DNA from: Azolla caroliniana
Lineage: Eukaryota; Plantae; Polypodiophyta
Direction: 5' to 3'
Assembly (NCBI GenBank): GCA_043228905.1
Contig: JBHGNT010000671.1
Coordinates: 1 to 18,023, forward strand
Length of the DNA stretch: 18,023 nucleotides
The position numbers and the translations under genes are program-made. Shown here piece after piece: positions 1-10,000 of the stretch (its first letter is position 1; every line of letters starts with the position of its first letter). The notes beneath the pieces were generated by a model, which saw only the letters and a program-made list of their open reading frames with translations, ran no database searches and was not told where the DNA came from.

Positions 1-617
1 AAGGAATAGTCATAACTCCTTCGCTTTTCACCCAAATATTATGTTTAAATATGGGTTAGAAATCTTGTAAAGAGAGCTATCTATAGCGTTTTAAATCACT
101 AAATTCGGAGCTCTGAGGAGGGAGATATGACGATTAGAAGGTCGTTGGGTCTTAACTAAAAATAGGAGATAAAAAGCTTCTAAAAATAGGGTGAACAAGG
201 AAGAAGAAGAAAATTATAAAAGAGGAAGGGATAGTCATAGAAGAGGGATGCTAAGAGTGGATGAGGAGTCCTAAGTGTGGAGGGGTCTTAGAATAGGGAG
301 AGAATCCTAATAGAGGAGAGGGATTCTTAGGAAGAGATATCTTAGTGAAAGAGGAAGGGTCTAAATTGTGGTTTTTGAGTGATTGGTAGTAAGGTCTTTG
401 GTTTCTTACTTGAATGTGGAGTTTATCTCCTTTGTATTGTCTTGATGTTGGAATATCATAACAATCTTATCTCTTTCTCATCTTCTCTATCTTTTTTTCT
501 TAATTTCTTGAGTCTCTCTTGATCTATATAATATATTGTGAGTCACAACTCCATCTAACCGGTTTGGTAAAGCCCTCATATAGTGTAAGATTACCCTTTG
601 TCTTAAACACCTCATCA
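1..617 (+). mobile_element. 5' LTR of Ty3/Gypsy family A (start cut off by the window edge)
   Basis: Reverse complement of 12462-13040 apart from substitutions and one ~40-bp indel. Ends in ...CCTCATCA and is followed by a TGG-initiated PBS and gag. Confidence 0.9.
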
Positions 618-621
618 TTTT

Positions 622-632
622 TGGCGCTCCAG

Positions 633-637
<5 letters not shown>
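622..637 (+). promoter_or_regulatory. Primer binding site-like sequence TGGCGCTCCAGCGGGG (cognate tRNA not identified)
   Basis: TGG (complement of tRNA CCA) begins 4 nt after the LTR's terminal CA. Confidence 0.7.

Positions 638-664
<27 letters not shown>
634..664 (+). repeat. Poly-G tract (31 G)
   Basis: Counted directly. Confidence 0.95.
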
Positions 665-665
<1 letters not shown>

Positions 666-732
666 CGATCCTTTCCGTATAGGAGGGAGAACTTATCCTT
701 TCTTTGTGTTACTATACTACATTAACTTAGCT

Positions 733-2823
733 ATGCAATTTGCGTTTTCGGGTGAAAGAACACAAGATGCTGGTGCCTTTTTAGCATCCTTTGAGAATCA
801 TGCTATCTCTATTGGACGCATCACCGATAATGAGAAGTTACCTTTGTTGGTAGCTACATTCTATGGTCGAGCTCGAGATTGGTATGACTCTCTTCCGCCA
901 AATGAACAAGGAGAATATCAATTGTTGGTACACCAATTTCGTTCTAGATACATTCCACGGCGAAATGAAACGGAAGTAAGAGAGGAGCTTTTTCGACTAA
1001 AGATGGAATCACCTTTTGGTTTCATACAGTATGAAAGAAATTTCAAGGATTTGTGGATTCGTCTTCGCAGTGGCATTGAAGACGAGTGGTTTAAGATGGA
1101 ACGATTCAAGATGGGCCTTGACATGCATTTCCGTTTGGAGGCAAGCTTGAAGGATCCAACGTCTTTTCAAGCTCTTATCCAAGTTTGTCAAGGTTATGAT
1201 CGACAAGTGAAGGTGATGAGTTCCATGGGGTACCTCCAAATGACGGCTTTGGGTGCAAATTTGATGCCTCGTGCCAACTTTCAAGCCTCATCTTCAATTG
1301 TGCATGGTGGACAAGTGTTTCCAAATGTGTATACCACCACAACAATAAACCCAACAAGTATATCTCAAGAAGTGGAACAAGTGAAGAGTGAACAAGATAC
1401 AGTGGCATTGGTGAATCGACGCTTTGATGAAGTGATGGCCCACTTGCGACAATCCCAAGCAATTCACAACATTATTCCCAATGGTGGTGGCTCTAGAGGG
1501 CATTAAGGTGTAATTTGTTATTTTTGTCAAGAGGAGGGACACATCTCAACAAGATGTCCTCATCGACAACAAAGAAGCATGGGAAGATGCATGTATCAAG
1601 TGCAACGAAATGGACAACGAGCTATCAACAATGGAGTCGAAGGAGGCGAATCCATAACACTTCCTATGGCTCAGGTTCCTACAATTCCTCATAATGTGAA
1701 TCTTCTTAATTTTATTGATGATAGTGATAGTGCTTGTGAAGTAGCTCCTGTGAAAAGGACAAGGGCCTCGCAAAAGGAGAAAGAAGTTGAATCTGGAGAA
1801 TCTAGTGCCTCGAGAGAAAAGAAGAAGTCTAAGGAGAATGAGGAAGAGGAGAAATTGAGAAGGAGACACTCCAAAAGGAAGATAAAGATGGAGGATATTC
1901 CTATGGGAGAAGGTGTAGAAGCTTCCAATCGGAAGCATGAATTGATATCGAGTGGACCAAGGATAACAGGGCCACAACTTCTCCAATTATCTCCCACATT
2001 ACGAAAGGAGTGGGGAAAGCTTGCAAGTATCAGCCAAAGTAGGAAGACCGTGCATTATGTGGGGATCGTGCGAGTAGAAGATCGAAAGGACATACGTCCA
2101 ACCATCCCGATCTCCATCAAAGGGTTTCACATCAAAGATGCCTTGGTTGATAGTGGTGCTAGGGTAAGCTTGATTTCTGAATTTGTAGTAAACAAAGTGG
2201 GAATTCCTATTACTAGGTCATCTTCAACAAGGGTGATTGTAGTAGATAGTGGAGTGGTGCATTGCACAAGCATAGTGGAGGATGTGTTCATCAAGTGTTT
2301 TGGGATAAGAGGAGAAGCTTGCAACAAATACCACATCAACTTGAAGGAAAGTGTATCAATTTCCCCAAAGCTTCGGCAATTGAGTGTTGAACAAAAGGAA
2401 GAATTTATGCAAGAGTTCAACGCATGGTTACAAGAAAGTTCCAATTATAAGATGGAAGATTTGAAGTGTGTGTCACCTATAGTTTTGGTTCCAAAGAAGA
2501 ATGAGATCAATTTCAAACCCTTGAATGATTCGACCAAATGAGATCAAATTTCACTTCCTTTCCAAGATGAGATTGTAGATCAAATGGTCATTTATACAAA
2601 ACAAGGTAGTGTGGACAATGTGTTGTGCCAAGAAGATGTGGATGATTCAAAGATCAACATAATTCAAAAGATGATCATTCCAACAAGTCTCGAAGCTTTG
2701 AAGGTATTTGTGCAAAAGGTTCGTTCGCTCGAAAGATTCATTCATATGTTGACATGCTTACTTCTATCAAGATTTATGTATCCCATGGGCCTACTTGTGT
2801 ATGGAGAGTTGACAAAGACATAA
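733..2823 (+). pseudogene. Gypsy A gag-protease-truncated RT polyprotein remnant (non-autonomous)
   Basis: One frame throughout, with stops at 1504 (TAA) and 2539 (TGA). Contains a retrotransposon gag core (FYGRARDWY), a CCHC knuckle CYFCQEEGHISTRC just after the first stop, aspartic protease ALVDSGA, RT N-terminal pieces (SPIVLVPKKN, INFKPLN, LPFQDEIVD) and a connection-like piece (DDSKINII...ERFI). No YxDD, RNase H or integrase. Confidence 0.85.
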
Positions 2824-2895
2824 TAATTGTAGTAACCTCTTTCCTTGTGTTGACAAGGAGAAAGATGGTGATGGCAATTGTCAATGTGCGTGTGT

Positions 2896-3396
2896 GTTGC
2901 GGCAGTACGCGAGGACCTAGTAGAGGATTATCGTACACTAGTGAACCAACACTCCGAGTAACTCGCACAGCTATTAGAAGACTTTAGGGAAAGTCAAGAA
3001 CATATTTTTCGCCGACTAATGGAGATCAAGAGCGAACGATAGCGTACGGAGCCAATTATGGTACCTGATACCGATTCCACTAAGCACGGGGAGCCTCAGC
3101 CTAATTCATCGGAGATGAGAACTACGCCAGGCAACATTGCGGACAATACGGACAGGACAGAGCCTCAGCCAACCGTTTGCCCACAGACGAAAGAACCAGC
3201 CCTAGCAAAAAGGAATGAGCCAGTAGAGTTGGGTTCGACCACGCCGGGAGAAGTTGACAACATAGAAACCCCCACGACGGCGGAGTAGGGATAGGACGCG
3301 CAACAAAGCAACGAAGCACCTACAGACATTACGCCGTCTCCGAACCAGAACGTATGAGTGGAGCCGAACATCTTGGACATCTTGGAGGATGAATAG
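2896..3396 (+). pseudogene. Decayed extra ORF (helical segment plus P/T/E-rich tail) just upstream of the family-X LTR
   Basis: The frame of the 3058 ORF reads VAAVREDLVEDYRTLVNQHSE*LAQLLEDFRESQEHIFRRLMEIKSER*RTEPIM...ILDILEDE*. The internal stops can all arise by C>T changes. It ends 47 nt before the LTR. Confidence 0.55.
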
Positions 3397-3443
3397 AGGG
3401 ATGGGTCCGACGTGCCATGGCACTGTCCCACAGGCGTGCCAGG

Positions 3444-3862
3444 TGTTGTCCGCCAGAATTGTAACCGGCTGACATAATGCGTAAAATATGAAAAATGTAT
3501 TAGAAGCGTTAAGGAAAGAGATGTAACGGTTCACGCGAGAAGCGTGACCGACTGAACGTCTGTGTATATAAAGGACAGAAATCCTATAGAGCGTGGGATT
3601 TTTTCTAATAGTATCTTATCTTCTCTGATTTTCTGTGTCTATGCAACCCGTGTCTTGTGTAATCTCTATGCTATTCGTAAGTGCGTCTCTGTAAGCATAG
3701 GATAAGAGTCAACGTAGTAGCGCACCCGTGAACCTTCACCCATAGATACACATTATTAACGGATTACGGCTCATGCCTCGTGTGGCGTCATACCTTGCCA
3801 CGCAATCACCTTGAGGTCTATCTCGAAGGACTGAAGATAGACAATGTGCCATATCGGTAACA
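3444..3862 (+). mobile_element. LTR of family X (probably a 3' LTR)
   Basis: Ends TGTTGTCC...CGGTAACA, with a TATATAAAG box near 3565. Homologous end to end with the split LTR at 6074-6313 plus 11870-12086. Flanks do not form a TSD (CCAGG/CTCAT). Confidence 0.75.
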
Positions 3863-4003
3863 CTCATCGACTAGTCAACTAGTGATAAGAGAAGGTAAGA
3901 CTTGCCAAGATTACGAAGGAGCCCCCCAACTCTTCAAGGGACGAGTTGATGTATATGCGGTCTACCACTCCTAACACTCACGACAGCTCTGGAGAAGTGT
4001 AGT

Positions 4004-4418
4004 TGTCATGATATGGCAAGACACGAACCCATGACCTTATGTTACATGGGTCGAGCTCTTGACCATTACACTATCTATTGTAATACATAGGATATTATTT
4101 TTATTTAAGTTTTGTTATAGAAAATTAATGTATATTACAGATTTCTCTTGAACATTCTAGAAGCTTCAAGACTACTCCTAAGAACACTATAAAAGGAGGC
4201 ACAAGGTATTATTTCGAACCAAATCGGTTCAACGCCAGTCTTAAGCCTCCTAGCCTTCCTTGTATATTCTTCTCACATAATATATCGCTGTCATCATCAT
4301 TTTCATTCCCTCGATCTCTCGCTCTCTCTCTCCATCTCTCGAGTGTTCTAGACCCTCTATGTACAAATATTCCTCTCTTAGTACTAATTTCTTCTCTGCC
4401 TCAGTATTATTCCTGACA
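4004..4418 (+). mobile_element. 5' LTR of a Tcn1/Tf1-like chromovirus (Ty3/Gypsy)
   Basis: TGTCA...TGACA terminal inverted repeat, TATAAAA at 4188, followed by a PBS, a pyrimidine-rich leader and gag. Confidence 0.85.
4009..4080 (-). promoter_or_regulatory. tRNA-like Pol III A box/B box pair, antisense within the LTR U3
   Basis: Minus strand has TAGTGTAATGG (4073-4063) and AGGTC-ATGGGTTCGTGTC (B-box core ~4029-4020). The T8-to-T54 distance is 46 nt, as in a tRNA, but the stems are degenerate. Confidence 0.5.
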
Positions 4419-4420
4419 GT

Positions 4421-4432
4421 TTGAACCGATTT
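4421..4432 (+). promoter_or_regulatory. Self-priming PBS (TTGAACCGATTT)
   Basis: Lacks TGG. Perfect 12-nt reverse complement of AAATCGGTTCAA at 4221-4232, which starts 33 nt after the start of the TATA box. Confidence 0.85.
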
Positions 4433-4559
4433 TCCCTCCTTTCCTCCTCTTCCTTTTATCTTCTTACATATCCCCTTTTTTCCGGTCTTCTTTCTGGTTT
4501 CCCTCATTTTCTTACCCCTTTTTTCCCTTCATACTAATCCTCTTATCCTCCCTAGTAAA

Positions 4560-5672
4560 ATGGAAATTGTTAATGCCCAGGAATACCAATCTGTTTTCTC
4601 GGAGCTCCAGTGCTTAAAAGAGAAATTTGTAGCACTAGAACAAGAAAATCACTGTTTGTTGGGGGATCTTCAACAAATAGTGTTGGACAAACAACAACAC
4701 AGGGAGCTGACGTTACATGTGCAACAACTTGAAGCGACTATTGTATCACTACAACAACAATCAACCACTCAAGGGATTCACAAAGAACCCAAGATTGGTC
4801 TTCCTGCAAAATTTGATGGGACCCGATCACAGTTTAGAGGTTTACTGAATCAAGTACGTTTAGTGATTCAAATGCATCCTTCTCAATATCCCACCGATGC
4901 ATCAAGAGTGGGACTAGTAGGCACTCTACTTAGTGGCTCAGCATTGACATGGTTCGCTCCGTTGTTAGAAAAGGAATCTCCATTACTAAACAATTTTGAA
5001 GAATTTATAAGTGAGTTTAAAGCCAGTTTTGGAGATACTGACAACATAAGGACAACAATCAACAAAATTCGACGATTACGCCAAGGTGATCGTCCAGCCT
5101 CCGCATACGCTGCAGATTTCCGCCTACTCGCCGCCAATATCCCTTGGGATGATCAAGCATTGATGGAGCAATTTTGTTATGGTTTACGCAATGATGTCAA
5201 GGATTTACTCTTGACCTTCCCCGAAGAACCAAAGTCATTAACATAAGCAATCAGTCACGCGGTGAGATGCGACAGCCTCCTTTTCGAACGACGTTCGGAA
5301 CGGCAATTCTAGATGCCGAGGGCAAGATCAGAGCCCACCTATGCCTCAGTGGTAGCGAAACCTTTTCTGAGGGAGTCATATAATGGGTCTCCAGTGAATA
5401 CTCCGACACCGATGGAGATTGACACTACACGTCGTCGCGGACCATTATCGAAAGAAGAAAAGCAGCGACGTCGAGCAAATCGACTATGTCTTTATTGCGG
5501 TGGACCAGGGCATATTGCAGTAAATTGTTCCCAAATAGTTGCTAGTTCTAATTGTACTAAACCAGAGTCTATTTTAGTAGGAATATCTGATAGTCCTAAT
5601 AGTACTAATAGCCCAAATCTAGCGAACAAATTTGATGTCCTTAGTCAGTTAGAAGAAGAGTTAAACGACTAA
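4560..5672 (+). pseudogene. Chromovirus gag (sushi/PEG10-like capsid plus CCHC), one premature stop
   Basis: N-terminal coiled coil, EPKIGLPAKFDG, GSALTW, LRQG, FCYGL and the knuckle [14 protein letters not shown]. In-frame TAA at 5244 (likely from CAA) splits ORFs 4560-5246 and 5313-5672. Confidence 0.9.
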
Positions 5673-5856
5673 GTCCAGCCAAAATAGGCGTCGTTTGTTG
5701 GACAGTCCTAGATCTATGCAACCCATTAGTGGTTCCATTCCCTCTAAGGAAGTTAGCAATGTGTTTGTAGCCCACGTAAGAGTTAGTACTAAAAGTACCC
5801 CTCTAGTACATGTCTTACCACTTCTAGATTCTACAGCTAATTCTTGCTTCATGGAT
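5665..5856 (+). pseudogene. Start of chromovirus pol (aspartic protease N-terminus), truncated
   Basis: LLDSTANSCFMD resembles LLDSGA..FMD. The sequence switches to the Copia B LTR near 5852. Confidence 0.7.
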
Positions 5857-6064
5857 AGCAAAATAGAGAGAGCTTAAGACAGAGATAACCGTATATTACA
5901 TCCAACCAAAATACTTCCAATAATACCAAGGTTACAAAGGGTTGGTTTAAATACCAACTACACTAGAGCAAGGGCCCTTTTCTACTATTTACAAAACTGG
6001 CTTGGTATTTCCATGAGCTAACGTGAAACCTATTTCTATGGGAAGTTGAGTTCGATTCTCAACA
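5852..6064 (-). mobile_element. 3' LTR (or its distal part) of Copia B
   Basis: Minus strand reads TGTTGAG...TATTTAAA...GCTATCCA, preceded by the purine tract GAAGGGGCA. It joins the Copia B RNase H end once the insert bounded by TSD CCTTC is removed. The left boundary is approximate. Confidence 0.65.
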
Positions 6065-6313
6065 TGCCCCTTCTATTGTCCTCCGAACCTAACGCTTAGA
6101 CGAATAGAATATATTATTAGAAGCGTTAAAGAAATGCATGTAACGGTTCACGCTAGGAGTGTAATGGACTAAAAGCCTTGTGTATATAAAGGGCGGAATT
6201 CCTCTGTAAACAGGTAGCGTGTATTTTGGGAGGTACCCTTTTGGTAATATAGTACTATCTTCTCTGATTCTCGTGTCTGTCTAAGTCGTTTATTGCTTCG
6301 GTGTAATACTCTA

Positions 6314-7045
6314 TGACAGGAACTACACGCTCCCGATGAACAAAGCTCGGCCACAACCGAGCTTAGAATCAAACACAGAAAACAGGAAATAAAGTCGCGA
6401 CAAAAAGGAGAGAAGAGAACACAGGATGTTTACGTGGAAAACCCAAACTCGGGAAAAACCACTGCAGCCCACAGACCGCGAACTATCACTATGTCAGAAT
6501 GTACAATAAGAAAGCACCGAGGCCACAACCTCGAGCTTGCTATCTTCGCCACAGGCGGGGGTTACAATCAGAGGCAACGACCTCTTCCTCTCTCTCACTC
6601 TCTCTATACACAGTTGCGCGCTCTAATCTTGCGCCAACAAGAATGACAACAACTACCATCATTTTGCCCTAAGTCATATTTATACAGATATGATTTTTCG
6701 GCTATTTACAAATATAGCCACGATGAACTCTCATAAACATATTTACGAATATGTCTCTTCATCCGGTGAGCACTCCTCACCGGGCCTGCATCATCTAGCG
6801 CTTGCCGGGTACTCTTCATCCGGTTCTCACCGGGTCTTCCGTTTCCGGGTACTCCTCATCCGGTTCTCACCGAGTCTGCACCATCCGGCTCTCCGTAGCC
6901 GGGTACTCGTCATCCGGTTCTCACCGGGTCTTCCGTAGCTGGGTATTCCTCATCCGGTTTCGGTCGAGGCCTATCAGCCTTGGCCGAGTTTGCTCATCAG
7001 TACTGTTCTTCTGACTTCCCATCCGGAGGGACCTGATTCCTAACA
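6314..7045 (-). repeat. Copia A 3' LTR
   Basis: TGTTAG...CTGTCA on the minus strand; direct repeat of 11133-11864; TATAAAT box near 6684-6678. Confidence 0.95.
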
Positions 7046-7047
7046 AA

Positions 7048-7058
7048 CTCCCCCCTTC
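7048..7058 (-). promoter_or_regulatory. Copia A polypurine tract GAAGGGGGGAG
   Basis: Lies 2 nt upstream of the 3' LTR and overlaps the pol stop codon. Confidence 0.9.
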
Positions 7059-10000
7059 ACTGCGGCATGGGATGTCTTAGTAGTCCGATCCGCTTCCGGC
7101 ATGCATCCAGCTTGTCGGGTATCAGTACTTTGGTCAGCATATCTGACCTGTTCTTGGCCGTGTGGATCTTCGTCAGCGCGAACTCCTGGTCATCTACTCT
7201 TTCCCGGATCCAGTGATACCTTCGCTGGATATGCTTCGTCCGAGAATGGTAGGCCGCATTCTTAGCAAGGTGGATGGCACTTTGACTGTTGCAATAGAGC
7301 CGGTATTCATCTTGCTGGATACCGAGCTCTCCGATGAAGTCCTTCATCCATAATATTTCTTTGTCGGCTTCCATAGCCGCCATGTACTCCGCCTCCGTGG
7401 TTGACAACGCAACCGTCTTCTATAGCCTCGACTGCCACGAAACAGCTCCCCCTGCATATGTCATTACATACCCGGATGTAGACCGGCTGGTATCCACATC
7501 AGCCGACATGTCTGAATCGGTAAAACCGTCAAGTTGAGGTTTTCCGGAGCCGAATCGGAGACACATGTTTGAAGTGCCCTTCAAGTACCGGAGTATCCAC
7601 TTGACCGCATTCCAATGCTCCTTGCCGGGATTGCTCATGAACCGGCTCACCACTCCGACTGCGTATCCTATATTCGGTCGGGTACACACAATTGCGTACA
7701 TTAAGCTCCCGATGGCAGAGGCATATGGAACCTTCGTCATATCTGCTTTCTCTACTTTCGTCTTCGGGCTTTGCTTACCGGATAACCTACAATTTGCCGG
7801 AAGTGTCGATCCAACCGGTTTCGCATCTAACATGTTGAACCGTTGAAGCACCTTTGTCACGTATTTCTCCTGTGACAGCCATAGTTGCTTCGTTGGCCGG
7901 TTCCGGATGATATGCATCCCCAACATCTGCCTTGCCGGACCCAAGTCTTTCATTGAGAAGGTCCGGTTGAGAGCCTTCTTCAACATCCGTATTTTGACTT
8001 GGTCCCGTCCGACGATCAATATGTCATCCACGTACAGAAGGAGTATCAGGAAGTCGCCTCCTTCGAACTTCTTCACAAACACGCAGTGATCGGCCTGCGT
8101 CTTGTGGTACCCTTGATTGGTCATGAAGGAGTCGAACTTCCGGTACCATTGTCGGGGAGCCTGCTTCAGTCCGTACAGGCTCTTCTTCAACCAGCATACC
8201 AGGTGCTCCTTCCCTTTCTCCACGAATCCTTCCGGTTGCTGCATGTAGATCTCCTCTTCGAGGTCGCCGTGAAGGAATGCCGTCTTCACATCTAGCTGCT
8301 CTACCTCGAGGTCCATGCTTGCCGCTATACTCAGCACCGTCCGGATGGAGGTCATCTTTACTACCGGGGCAAATATCTCGTCGAAGTCCACGCCCTTCTT
8401 TTGCTGGAACCCCTTCACCACGATCCTAGCTTTGTATCTCGGGGGGTTGCCAACATCTCTTGGTTTCAACTTGTACACCCACTTATTTCGGAGTGCCCGC
8501 TTTCCTTTCGGCAACTCCACCAATTCGTACGTATGGTTCTCATGCAGGGAATCCATCTCATCCTGCATGGCACTTAACCATTTGCGGATGTGGGTGTCAT
8601 CCTTCGCTTCTTCGAAGCTTTCTGGCTCCCCCTCATCGGTTAGTAGCACATGCTCTGCATCCGGAAATCTCCGGGGGGCTCTTCTCTCTCTGAGAGGATA
8701 TCTCCGTCTTTGGGCTTCGGTAGCCGGTTCCTCCATTTGCTCTTCATCCGAATCCAATTCGGGGTCTTGGCCGGTTCCGATTTCAGCTTCCTCTACTTCT
8801 TCTTCTACCGGTTCGGTATCCTCACCGTAACCGGTTGGTTCCTCGAGTGCTAACCAGTCTCTTGCCGGTTGGGTCTGCTCCTCGTAGAATCGATCCTTAC
8901 CGGTCGACTCGGAGTTCATTATCTTCTTCTCCGACTCCCAATCAGCGAGCGTCTTGTCCTCCATGAAGATAATATCTCGACTCCGGAATACCTTCTTGTC
9001 GACCAGGTCCCACACTCGGTAGCCGAACTCATCGTCGTTGTAACCGAGGAATATGCATGGCCGGGTCTTTGGATCTAACTTTCCTCTCCGGTCCTTAGCT
9101 ACATGCACATACACAAGACACACGAATACCGTCATATGCCGGTAGGATACTTCCTTACCGGTCCATACCCTCTGTGGCGTGTCTTCATCCAAGGGTACTA
9201 AGGGTGATCTGTTTATCACATATGTCGTCGTCGATAGTGCCTCAACCCAAAACTTCTTGGGTAGTTTTGCATGCGCCAGCATACTCCGGACCCTCTCCAT
9301 TATGGTCCGGTTCATCCTCTCGGCCAGCCCGTTTAGTTCCGGCGTTTTCGGCACGGTAAATTCGAGCCGGATTCCCTTCGAGCGACAGTACTCCTCGAAC
9401 TGCCCCCAGTATTCACCTTCGTTATCTGCTCGAACCGCCTTCAGCTTCCGGTCGGTCTCTCTTTCCACTCTCACGTGGAGCTCTTTGAAGACGGATAACA
9501 CTTGATCCTTCGTCTTCAATGGTGTGGCCCACAGCTTCCGGCTGTGGTCATTTATGAACATCACGAAGTACTGCGATCCTGCATGTGACTTCGTGTCCAC
9601 TTGACACACATCAGTATGCACCAACTCCAGTGGTGCATTACGTCTCATCGGTGGCCTCGATCGGAAGGAGATCCGGTTTTGCTTTCCGGCCAGACAATCA
9701 GTGCACTTCTCCAAGTGCACGTTCTTCACTGGAATGAGGTTGTCGTCTGCAAGCCTCTTCATCCCCTTCTCGCTCATGTGACACAGCCTTTTGTGCCACA
9801 GCTCACCGACAGTGTCGGATGCCACGTTCACTTCCTCCGGACATAACCGGGCATTCATCAGGTACAACGTGTTTACCTTCCAGGCCCGAGACACAATCAG
9901 GCTCCCTTTGTTGAACTTCATAACACCGTTCCAGATGCTACCCGTGTAGCCTTCATCATCTAGCCGATCGGCTGATATCAGGTTCAGACGAACCTCCGGA

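Noticed and set aside
519-725. 68-aa ORF with a poly-Gly run
   Set aside because: It is a translation of LTR, PBS and poly-G sequence, with no coding signature.
2895-3985. Possible single 1.1-kb solo LTR (TGTTGCG...CACGACA)
   Set aside because: No TSD (GTGTG/GCTCT). Homology to the second family-X LTR covers only 3444-3862, and 2896-3396 reads as decayed coding sequence.
3863-4003. Short spacer between two LTRs
   Set aside because: No PBS or recognisable motif; probably a TE fragment, but I cannot assign it.
4009-4080. Functional tRNA gene
   Set aside because: The acceptor, D and anticodon stems do not pair, so it is reported only as tRNA-like promoter boxes.
6434-7014. Short + strand ORFs duplicated at 11253-11833
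   Set aside because: They are antisense translations of the Copia A LTRs; the duplication simply reflects the LTR pair.
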